Positions 38,938 to 46,715 of a stretch of 64,000 nucleotides of DNA are shown piece after piece. The notes under the pieces are model-generated. The model was not told the DNA's origin, did not search any database, and was given only the letters and a program-made list of their open reading frames with translations. The stretch is from assembly GCA_045644625.1 (NCBI GenBank), contig JAZRHG010000052.1, positions 10,816 to 74,815 of the forward strand. Direction: 5' to 3'. This DNA comes from Faecousia sp. (lineage in GTDB: Bacteria > Bacillota > Clostridia > Oscillospirales > Oscillospiraceae). Position numbers and translations under genes: made by a program. Positions within the stretch are counted from its first letter, which is position 1; every line of letters starts with the position of its first letter.

Positions 38938-39201
38938 TTAGTCTGCGAGAAATTCATTCTCACGCAGCTTTTTGATAAAGTCCGACACTGCAACCTGGGC
39001 AGTTTCTTTGTCTACATCATATTCCTTCAAAATTGCAGAAACGATGGCTGCCTCATCGGTATCGCTGTCTAACAGCTGCCAAATAAATTTTCCTACTTCG
39101 TTGAGGGTAATCATCATATTCGAATCCAAACCTTCACCGAAGGGCAGTACCACGATCTGACCTGCTACCTCACGCAGTATAAAACCGTCTTTCAGTTTCA
39201 T
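38938..39201 (-). CDS. PqqD-family RiPP recognition element (RRE), second copy
   Basis: 87 aa MKLKDGFILREVAG...LNEVGKFIW..L...IV..I..EYDVD...V.DFI..L; AAGGAG RBS. Confidence 0.9.
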   Translation of the reverse strand: MKLKDGFILREVAGQIVVLPFGEGLDSNMMITLNEVGKFIWQLLDSDTDEAAIVSAILKEYDVDKETAQVAVSDFIKKLRENEFLAD

Positions 39202-39202
39202 A

Positions 39203-39958
39203 TTACTTCTCCTTTTCGCGCCCGGACATAGCGCGGTAAGATACCTGCGCAGCTCCCGGGTCTTTATTACATTTGAGTCGATAAAATGCCGTTTTGCGAG
39301 CAATACTTTCCAAAAGCTCCATATATTTGGGCATCAACCGGGGCTGCCGGGGGCGATTGCTCTGCTGCAATAGCATAACAACAGCCTCGCTTGCAGAAAT
39401 CTTTTGAATTTCATTCTGCGCTCCCCGCTCCAAAATGCAGATAGCCTTTAGCGGTACTTCTACATTATTGCCTAAACCGTGTTTCCCGTTCCAGGGAGAT
39501 CCGCATACATAAATACAATCGGATGATGCCCGGAGAAAAGGCTTATCGTCATTGACCATCACTGCGCGCTCACCCAGCATTTCCCGCCAAAGGCGGGTAT
39601 GGGTGGACTTACCTGTACCGCTCTTGGCTGTGAACAGATAACCTTCCCCATCCACCGCAATCACAGAGCCGTGGAATACTAAGGTATCATATTCAAAAAG
39701 CTTTTCCGCAAGCTTTCGTTGCAGGGCGGTGCGCTCCAGCTGAAACGCTTCAAAATTATGTGGCGGTAAGCCCTCAACAGAGCGTTCCTGTTCAGAAATT
39801 TTGCCTTCCAAGGCTATGTCTTGGGGCGTGATCTCCACGGAAAAATCCGGCTCGCCTTCACATAGATATTCTTTACAGTATGCTCGGGTGGATGGGTACT
39901 GTGCATTGACACACGCCACCTGCCCGGCAATCTTCATCATAAATTGGTCCATATTCAC
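39203..39958 (-). CDS. HPr-kinase-like P-loop kinase
   Basis: FHGS, A.SGTGKST, NDD, GSPW motifs typical of HprK-related kinases in peptide clusters. Confidence 0.8.
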   Translation of the reverse strand: MNMDQFMMKIAGQVACVNAQYPSTRAYCKEYLCEGEPDFSVEITPQDIALEGKISEQERSVEGLPPHNFEAFQLERTALQRKLAEKLFEYDTLVFHGSVIAVDGEGYLFTAKSGTGKSTHTRLWREMLGERAVMVNDDKPFLRASSDCIYVCGSPWNGKHGLGNNVEVPLKAICILERGAQNEIQKISASEAVVMLLQQSNRPRQPRLMPKYMELLESIARKTAFYRLKCNKDPGAAQVSYRAMSGREKEK

Positions 39959-40052
39959 CTACCGAATATTAACAGAAGCCGGTATCCTCGTCTTCCGCAG
40001 TATTAAGTTTGCCAGCGAGCGTTCGTACAGGCAGAGCAAAGACGCATATTCT

Positions 40053-41135
40053 TCATTCGTCGGCAGTTTGATCCAACTTCTTTACACCAGCGGCTACCAG
40101 CTTCCGTGTCAGCTCGCATACCGCAGAATTGCAGTGGCCGCTGTAATAACCATCCAAACGATGGGCCGGGCACTTAGGGCAAATCTTATTGTATGCGCAG
40201 CCGACACATTCGATGGCGTGTTCCACCTGCGCCGCTGCCTCCACTGTCTGCCGCCAAGCCTCTGCGTAGCCCAGCTTCAAAACATCTGCGCCATCATTCA
40301 CCATCGCATTCAAGCACGGGTGCATTTTACCGGTCCAGGATACTGCAGCCAAGCAATTACCTGCATTACAGGTCAAACCCTTGGCAGGTGCCTTGTCCAT
40401 ACCGCCAAAAGGCTCCGGCGTATCCTCCACCGGCACAAGTTTCTTACGCAACTCCGCACGCTGCTTAGCCAAGGACAGAACCTCTTCTTCCGTCAGATAG
40501 TAATCGTCCTTGCCTGGGTTGTCCCGGTTCGGCAGCAATAACAGATCATTGTAAAGAACCTCAAATCCCTTCTTCTGGCACAGGCAAAGGATATCTATAT
40601 AGTCGTGCATATATTTGGTAGGTGTTACTCCTACGCTGATATCGATTTCTGCCTCCTGGATCGCGCTGATAGCCGCTATTGCCTTTTCAAACCCTTTATG
40701 GCCGGTAACATTCAAATATCCTTCCTCGCTGCTACCGTATAAAGAAGTCCTTATTGCATCCGGAGGATAAGTCTTAAAAAATTCCAGGTAGTCGTCATTT
40801 AGCAATGTACAGTTTGTTTGTATACTTACCCTGACGCCCTTATTCCGCAAATGCAAATACAGTTCCTTAAAATCCTTCCGAATCAAGCATTCACCACCGG
40901 TTAAGTGGGTATACAGCATACCGCAATCATATGCCTCATCAAAAATCTGTTTCCATTGTTCGGTCGTCAGTTCCCTGTGAAGGGCTTCTGCGTTATCCTG
41001 CGAATGAACATAGCACATTTTACAGTCAAGATTACATCTGCTAGTCAATTCAAAATGACCCAAGATTGGTATTTTCCGTTCTTTTGCTGCATTTATTAAA
41101 CGTTCGCGCAGCTGTTGATAGGCCTTACTTCGCAT
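40053..41135 (-). CDS. Radical SAM enzyme with SPASM domain
   Basis: CNLDCKMC (CxxxCxxC), TGGE, C-terminal C.AG...PC...C..C.....C..C Cys cluster; AAGGAGG RBS before MRSKAY. Confidence 0.93.
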   Translation of the reverse strand: MRSKAYQQLRERLINAAKERKIPILGHFELTSRCNLDCKMCYVHSQDNAEALHRELTTEQWKQIFDEAYDCGMLYTHLTGGECLIRKDFKELYLHLRNKGVRVSIQTNCTLLNDDYLEFFKTYPPDAIRTSLYGSSEEGYLNVTGHKGFEKAIAAISAIQEAEIDISVGVTPTKYMHDYIDILCLCQKKGFEVLYNDLLLLPNRDNPGKDDYYLTEEEVLSLAKQRAELRKKLVPVEDTPEPFGGMDKAPAKGLTCNAGNCLAAVSWTGKMHPCLNAMVNDGADVLKLGYAEAWRQTVEAAAQVEHAIECVGCAYNKICPKCPAHRLDGYYSGHCNSAVCELTRKLVAAGVKKLDQTADE

Positions 41136-41193
41136 AAAAACCTCCTTACAATTCGCACAATTCACCATTTGCGAATCCTGCAACATTTCCTCC

Positions 41194-41222
41194 ATTATAC
41201 TCTAAAATTCCCGTAGCCGCAA
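41194..41222 (-). promoter_or_regulatory. Sigma-A promoter for the rSAM-kinase-RRE operon
   Basis: TTGCGG-17 bp-TATAAT on the minus strand, downstream of the peptide terminator. Confidence 0.5.
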
Positions 41223-41282
41223 CTATTTCTTCTAACAATTTTCTGCAGCAAACCAGAATTTAGGTATATTATGCAAAAGTTT

Positions 41283-41312
41283 GGGCGGAAGGAGTTCTCA
41301 CTCCTTCCGCCC
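41283..41312 (-). terminator. Terminator/stabilising hairpin after the peptide ORF
   Basis: GGGCGGAAGGAG-TTCTCA-CTCCTTCCGCCC, followed on the minus strand by AAACTTTT. Confidence 0.75.
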
Positions 41313-41324
41313 GGTGCCTAAGAA

Positions 41325-41435
41325 TTAGAAGCAGGGTGCGATGGGCACTTCATCGGGCTCTTCCTCAGAAGTGGTGATCACGTCAACAACGTTGAACTTG
41401 ATCACGTCAACGTAAGGTGTCTCAAAAGTCTTCAT
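41325..41435 (-). CDS. Putative RiPP precursor peptide, 36 aa (MKTFETPYVDVIKFNVVDVITTSEEEPDEVPIAPCF); not in the ORF track
   Basis: Manual translation; GAAAGGAG RBS; F-x-x-P-x-V leader motif; terminator follows; adjacent to rSAM, RREs and peptidase. Confidence 0.85.
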   Translation of the reverse strand: MKTFETPYVDVIKFNVVDVITTSEEEPDEVPIAPCF

Positions 41436-41459
41436 CTTGATTTGCTCCTTTCTTAATGA

Positions 41460-42728
41460 TTACATAGCCAAGTATGCAGCAACGGCATCGCCGTACTTCA
41501 TCATGTTCTCAACCACGGGACCCAGTGTTGCGTCACTCAGCGCAGCGCTGCCCTTAGCCTCAACACTTGCCACATATACCTTCGTTGCAGGCTCTCCGGT
41601 ACGGATATCATATACAGCCATCGTGTGGTTGGTACGGAAGTCCTGTGCCTTCAGGGCAAAGTTGGGAACATGGTAGCTGTTGTTCAGTTTGAAGGTGTCG
41701 GCAGAGTATACGACTGTCTCGCCACCTTCGGGAGTTACTCGCAGCTCGTAATTGCTGATGCTGTCGGTGCTATCGTTCAACTTCATCATCATGGTCAACT
41801 CTACCTGTGCCTGCATGGAAATGTAGATACCGTAGTCCTTAACTGTGCTTGCTGCAGCACCGGTAGAGGTAACTGCTCCACCAATGGTGGGAGTTTTGGA
41901 AGTCGCATATGCAGCATACTCACCCAAGTTGGTATTGGGCAGGCTACTTGCATTATGATTATATGCAACCTGTACCGCTGCGCCGTAGTTCAGCATATCT
42001 ACCAGAATCCGGCACTGCTGCTCGCTCTTTGCGGTACCCTGTGCCTTGATGCTAGGCAGCTTCTCAAGCGCCAGTTCCTCAACAGAGGTGGAGATAACCG
42101 CACCGTGGGTTACAACGCCGTCAGCATTTTCAACAACGATGGTCAGCTGGATGTTATCGGTCATATCCCAAGCCATAACCTTCATATCCACCATCTTGTA
42201 GGTGGAACTGTAGGTCATCAGCTCCAGAGTCTGAGTCGTGGGCTCACCGCCAACAGGAGTCTGAACTGCCAGAACGTAAGCCTTCTCGTAGCCACTTACC
42301 AGGCTGGCCTTAATCAGGGGCTGCATGCCGATGTACTCCTGGAAACTCAGATAGTTACCGACGTATTTGATGCTTTCATTGGTCAGAGGTGTGTAGTCCT
42401 CACGACGCTCGCCACACTCGTTACAAATTGCGTCAGCGTCATTGGTGTAGGTGTGATTGCCTGTTGCACAGCCATCTTCCACTGCGCCGCAGACACAGGT
42501 GCCGTCGGTGTAGGTGTGCTCTTCATTTTCAACGGTAACTTCACCGCATTTGGAGCAAGTGACCTTGTGGGTGCTGCCGTCGCCATTGTCGGTATAAGTA
42601 AGGGTAGTATGCTCGCAATCTAACATATCGTCAAAGTCGATGTTAGGATTGTCAGTCTCTGCAAATACGGCAGGAATCATTGTCACTACCATAACCAGAG
42701 CCAACAACAGGGATAGTGTGCGTTTCAT
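41460..42728 (-). CDS. Secreted/surface protein with Cys/His repeats and duplicated M-x-x-YG-x-A-V motif
   Basis: Signal peptide MKRTLSLLLALVMVVTMIPAVFA; H...CSKCG, CVCG, CNECG repeats; MLNYGAAVQ and MMKYGDAVA; GAGGAGG RBS. Confidence 0.85.
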   Translation of the reverse strand: MKRTLSLLLALVMVVTMIPAVFAETDNPNIDFDDMLDCEHTTLTYTDNGDGSTHKVTCSKCGEVTVENEEHTYTDGTCVCGAVEDGCATGNHTYTNDADAICNECGERREDYTPLTNESIKYVGNYLSFQEYIGMQPLIKASLVSGYEKAYVLAVQTPVGGEPTTQTLELMTYSSTYKMVDMKVMAWDMTDNIQLTIVVENADGVVTHGAVISTSVEELALEKLPSIKAQGTAKSEQQCRILVDMLNYGAAVQVAYNHNASSLPNTNLGEYAAYATSKTPTIGGAVTSTGAAASTVKDYGIYISMQAQVELTMMMKLNDSTDSISNYELRVTPEGGETVVYSADTFKLNNSYHVPNFALKAQDFRTNHTMAVYDIRTGEPATKVYVASVEAKGSAALSDATLGPVVENMMKYGDAVAAYLAM

Positions 42729-42803
42729 GTGTGTTTCCTCCTCAAATTTTAATTCAGCACGGGAAAAATGCTAAAAACCCAGGACAGCCAAACACTTCAA
42801 CTG

Positions 42804-43015
42804 CGGAACCGGAGCAAGATCTCGCTCATGCCGCCAACAGACGCAGACCCGGTGCCCCACGCGCAAACTGTGCGGCAGGACCGAGACCCCGCTCTGTTCC
42901 GAAATATCGGCTCACGACCATCAGGGATTTCCATAAATGTATAGGATTCAGACGTTTGGAAGGACTTTTAAATGCGAATTTTATGTAACACCCGTCCAAA
43001 GTATCTACCTATACA
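42804..43015 (-). ncRNA. Long structured 5' leader (two extended hairpins) of the surface-protein/peptide transcript
   Basis: Hairpin 1 TGTATAGG...TTTGGA/TCCAAA...CCTATACA (42938-43015); hairpin 2 CGGAACAGAGCGGGGTCTCG/CGAGATCTTGCTCCGGTTCCG with inner TGCCGC/GCGGCA (42804-42901); mismatches resolve as G-U pairs on the minus strand. Confidence 0.55.
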
Positions 43016-43028
43016 AATAGTTACTTGT

Positions 43029-43057
43029 ATAATATCACAAATGATTTTACTTTGCAA
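43029..43057 (-). promoter_or_regulatory. Sigma-A promoter with extended -10
   Basis: TTGCAA-17 bp-TATTAT with TG upstream of the -10, about 300 nt before the ATG at 42728. Confidence 0.65.
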
Positions 43058-43216
43058 GTGTTTTATGGAAATAATTTTACTAAAAATGGCAGTAATTTTA
43101 TGAATTGCACAATATATCCCAAGATTTCGAACAAGATTCTGAGATGATTTCTTTATTCGTACCGGGCATATTTTGCACAGCGTGTAAACAGTTGTCATTG
43201 CGCAGCTGACAAAATC

Positions 43217-43342
43217 ACCCCTACACGCAGACTGTGGGAGAGGTAAGCGTTCGTTATTCTCTCCTTCCGTCTTCGCCTGACAGCGAAGCCACCTTCCTCA
43301 TCAGAGGAAGGCGCTGTCTGCGTCGAGGACGCCTGCCCCTAT
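43217..43342. repeat. Composite REP-like palindromic element
   Basis: CCCTAC-ACGCAGAC ... GTCTGCGT-..GCCCCTA flanks; inner TTCGC/GCGAA and CCTTCCTC-ATCA-GAGGAAGG hairpins. Confidence 0.6.
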
Positions 43343-43359
43343 ATTTCCATTGTCATCGT

Positions 43360-43394
43360 AAAGGCAGCCGAGTGCAAATTACCCGGCTGCCTTT
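43360..43394 (-). terminator. Terminator hairpin after the HEPN gene
   Basis: AAAGGCAGCCG-N13-CGGCTGCCTTT. Confidence 0.65.
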
Positions 43395-43413
43395 TGCAGA
43401 TACTATATTCAAA

Positions 43414-43809
43414 TTATCTTGTGGATATATGCTGCCGGATGGCGTTCAGGAATATGTTCACATCAGCATACAAGTCAGAAACATCCGCCTTGGATATTAC
43501 ATAGAAATCGTCGTAATCGCTTCCGGTGCGCATATCATACGCCAGCGTAATGGTATTGGACAGGGATTTGTCGAATACCCCGGTTTTTATATACAGCCTT
43601 CTGAATTCGGAAATAATTCCGCTATGATGTTTCATATCTATGCCGTCAAATGCCAGAACGGAACGCATTGCGTGAAATACCGCGTAATAGAGCCTGTTGG
43701 CAGCGCTCATATACTGTTCCATATCGATCAAGTGCTGTGCCGCAGCCAGGCTTTCTTTCGCTCTTTCAAAACGAGCATCGGAAAGGGCTTTCTTTTCAGG
43801 ATGCTGCAT
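43414..43809 (-). CDS. HEPN domain protein
   Basis: A...L..A, A.NRLYYAVFHA, H.G....F, R...DY pattern of HEPN/UPF0332; overlaps the MNT gene. Confidence 0.88.
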   Translation of the reverse strand: MQHPEKKALSDARFERAKESLAAAQHLIDMEQYMSAANRLYYAVFHAMRSVLAFDGIDMKHHSGIISEFRRLYIKTGVFDKSLSNTITLAYDMRTGSDYDDFYVISKADVSDLYADVNIFLNAIRQHISTR

Positions 43810-44140
43810 AACGAATACCCTCCTTGATCACATTTTGGTAATAGGGCAAAACAGTTGCGTATTTTTCAAATTGCCGGTGTGACTTTACGGAAACAGAGAT
43901 GGTGATATCGTGCTTTAAGCTTAAATCACTGGTGACAGAAGCCACTTTCCGACGGAACTGACCAATTGCCTCAGGAGATAAATCAACCGTAAGCAAAATA
44001 TCAATATCAGATTCCGCATGCTGATCGCCACGGGCAAAAGAACCATACAAATATCCATCAATTAAATTGCCGCTAAAGATCGGAACGCAAGCCTGATATA
44101 CTTCATGCATAATACCAACTGCTTGATTCTTCGTACACAT
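43796..44140 (-). CDS. Minimal nucleotidyltransferase (MNT), HEPN-MNT pair
   Basis: LYGSFARGD...SDIDILL, C-terminal N..KEG. Confidence 0.9.
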   Translation of the reverse strand: MCTKNQAVGIMHEVYQACVPIFSGNLIDGYLYGSFARGDQHAESDIDILLTVDLSPEAIGQFRRKVASVTSDLSLKHDITISVSVKSHRQFEKYATVLPYYQNVIKEGIRYAAS

Positions 44141-44237
44141 TGATTTCCTCTCCTTTCACTGTTTCCTTCACAAATATCATACCATTTTCAGATTGCGAAA
44201 TCAATTGCTTTTTTGCGTATGCACTTGAGGATGTTTG

Positions 44238-45428
44238 TCATTTCTCTTTAAAATCAAAATCCAATCCCACAAAGTGCAAGCTCTGCCCGAAGGTTTCGAT
44301 ATTATCGGCATTTAAGCCGTTTAGGGTTGCATTTGTGCGGGCGGTTAGATGTTCCTTGCCCTTCAAGGCGATTTCAACCCAACGGATGACCCACATCAGC
44401 GGCAACAAAACCGGGATTTTCTTTACTACGGGATATTTTTCACACATATATCTATAGGGCAAGAACAGAAGTCTCATCACCCTTTTCAGCCGGATAAATT
44501 TTGCAGACCCGGCTGTCTTCGCCTCTTTTGCCGCAGAGGAAAGATTTTTGTTTTTGGCAGTTCCGTAGGACCCGCTGGAGAAAATATAATCCGTGATACA
44601 ATCGGACATTTCATCAGCTTGCTTTCCATTAAACCAGACATCAATGGTATGCAGGACATTATAGAAGAAATCAAACAGCTTTAACTTCTTCAGTTCTGCA
44701 TCGATATAGGCAAAATCCAGGTTCTGATGATTTTTCATATAGACATAGATATCCAAAATATGTCGGATGCCGATACCGCCGTCGCGATAATGCTTCGCCA
44801 TATGGGTAAAATTGTAAATAAGTGCATCCTCTTTCGTCATCTGATACTGACTGCTATCGTTCAGTTTTTCCTTTGCCAGGCGCCAGCCGTCTCCAAAATA
44901 CTGGAAATAATCTTCATTGTAGGACGGGATTACAAATTTATGTAATTCCACGGTCAGATGATTGGGCACTTCCCAAACAAGCTCGTGATTGCTCTCATAC
45001 TTCTCCTCAAAACCGATTTCAAGCATAATTTCTCTTGTTTTTTCGTATTGCGGCAGCTTGATAAGAACATCGCAGTCGCTCATCATGCGCATTCCGGCTT
45101 CCGGATAGAACTTCCGGAGCATTGTGCCCTTGAGGGGCATAAAATCAATGTTATTTTGGCGAAAACTATCGAACATTTTTTCAATGTAGTGGTTTTGCCT
45201 TTGCTCCACCGCTGCGGATTTCAGAAGTGCCATTTTTAAATAAGAGGCAATTTCACTCGGGGCTTCCACCCGGGAATTGCTGCAGCCACAATAAAGTATG
45301 GGCAGGATTTGATGCGCCTTACCGAAAGCGATCGCTTTTTTCCAGTCAAAATCCTCGGTCAGCTCCGCCTTTGTATTGTCAATTGCGCTTTTTAAAAGCG
45401 CAACAATCCCCTTCTGAAAATCTACCAT
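44238..45428 (-). CDS. Nucleotidyltransferase family protein (NTP_transf_5-like)
   Basis: PLKG...YP....RMMSDCDVL, VELH, H..KH...GG.GIR...D. Confidence 0.85.
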   Translation of the reverse strand: MVDFQKGIVALLKSAIDNTKAELTEDFDWKKAIAFGKAHQILPILYCGCSNSRVEAPSEIASYLKMALLKSAAVEQRQNHYIEKMFDSFRQNNIDFMPLKGTMLRKFYPEAGMRMMSDCDVLIKLPQYEKTREIMLEIGFEEKYESNHELVWEVPNHLTVELHKFVIPSYNEDYFQYFGDGWRLAKEKLNDSSQYQMTKEDALIYNFTHMAKHYRDGGIGIRHILDIYVYMKNHQNLDFAYIDAELKKLKLFDFFYNVLHTIDVWFNGKQADEMSDCITDYIFSSGSYGTAKNKNLSSAAKEAKTAGSAKFIRLKRVMRLLFLPYRYMCEKYPVVKKIPVLLPLMWVIRWVEIALKGKEHLTARTNATLNGLNADNIETFGQSLHFVGLDFDFKEK

Positions 45429-45461
45429 TTTTCGTCCTCCAATTCTGCCGGTTCCCCGGAA

Positions 45462-46700
45462 TCAATCTCTACGGAACAAATCTCTTGTATAAACCTTATC
45501 TTCCACATCATCCAGGCAGCTGTCATAACGGTTGGCAATAATCGCGTTGCTCATTTGCTTAAATCTGGCAAGGTCATTGACAATCTCACTGCCGAAAAAA
45601 GTTTCGCCATCCGTCAGCGCAGGCTCATAAATAATCACCTTTGCGCCCTTTGCTTTCATACGCTTCATAACGCCTTGGATGGAGGATTGACGGAAATTGT
45701 CCGAGTTCGACTTCATAGTCAACCGGTAAACACCAATGACCACTTCCTTTTCCCGGGAAGGATCATAGACAACTGCTTCGTCATAGCTGTAGTAGCCAGC
45801 CTTTTGCAGCACACGGTCCGCAATAAAATCCTTCCGGGTGCGGTTCGCCTCCACAATTGCAGACATCATATTCTGAGGGACATCTACATAATTTGCCAGA
45901 AGCTGCTTGGTGTCCTTTGGCAGGCAGTAACCGCCATAACCAAAAGAGGGGTTGTTATAATGCGCGCCGATTCTCGGATCCAGGCACACGCCGTCAATAA
46001 TCTGTCGAGTATCCAACCCTTTCACTTCCGCATAGGTATCCAGCTCATTGAAGAAGGATACGCGCAGGGCAAGGTAAGTATTGGCAAAGAGTTTGACTGC
46101 CTCAGCTTCTGTGAAGCCCATAAACAGTGTGTCGATGTTCTCCTTGACGGCGCCCTCTTGCAGAAGTCCGGCAAAGGTATGGGCAGCCTCCACCAGCCGG
46201 GGGTCCGCCATATCCGTTCCCACAATGATACGGGAGGGATACAGGTTGTCGTACAGAGCCCTACTCTCCCGCAAAAATTCCGGGCTGAACAGAATATTCT
46301 TGCTGCAGAACTTTTCCCGGACAGACTGGGTATAGCCCACAGGAATGGTGGACTTGATGACCATAATGGCATCGGGGTTTACAGTCATTACCGTTCGTAT
46401 CACCGACTCCACCGCAGAGGTATCAAAATAATTTTTCCGGCTGTCGTAATTGGTGGGTGCCGCTATGATGACAAATTGCGCATCCGCATAAGCCGCCTCA
46501 GCATCCAGTGTTGCGGTCAAATTTAACTGCCTGGTTGCCAGAAACTCTTCGATTTCTTTATCCTGAATAGGGGAAATACGATGGTTGATCATATCCACCT
46601 TTTCCGGAATAATGTCAACTGCGGTCACCTGATGATGCTGGGAAAGCAAAACAGCCATAGATAGGCCAACATAACCTGTGCCTGCCACTGCAATTTTCAT
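45462..46700 (-). CDS. ugd: UDP-glucose 6-dehydrogenase
   Basis: [34 protein letters not shown]. Confidence 0.95.
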   Translation of the reverse strand: MKIAVAGTGYVGLSMAVLLSQHHQVTAVDIIPEKVDMINHRISPIQDKEIEEFLATRQLNLTATLDAEAAYADAQFVIIAAPTNYDSRKNYFDTSAVESVIRTVMTVNPDAIMVIKSTIPVGYTQSVREKFCSKNILFSPEFLRESRALYDNLYPSRIIVGTDMADPRLVEAAHTFAGLLQEGAVKENIDTLFMGFTEAEAVKLFANTYLALRVSFFNELDTYAEVKGLDTRQIIDGVCLDPRIGAHYNNPSFGYGGYCLPKDTKQLLANYVDVPQNMMSAIVEANRTRKDFIADRVLQKAGYYSYDEAVVYDPSREKEVVIGVYRLTMKSNSDNFRQSSIQGVMKRMKAKGAKVIIYEPALTDGETFFGSEIVNDLARFKQMSNAIIANRYDSCLDDVEDKVYTRDLFRRD

Positions 46701-46715
46701 AAGTGTTCTCCTATA

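Noticed and set aside
40003-40047. 14-aa ORF MRLCSACTNARWQT between the rSAM and kinase genes as a second precursor
   Set aside because: No convincing RBS, no leader motif, and too short to support without conservation data.
42930-42960. CGTCTGAATCC resembling the start of a c-di-AMP (ydaO) riboswitch
   Set aside because: The other conserved ydaO segments are not visible, and the motif sits inside a different long hairpin.
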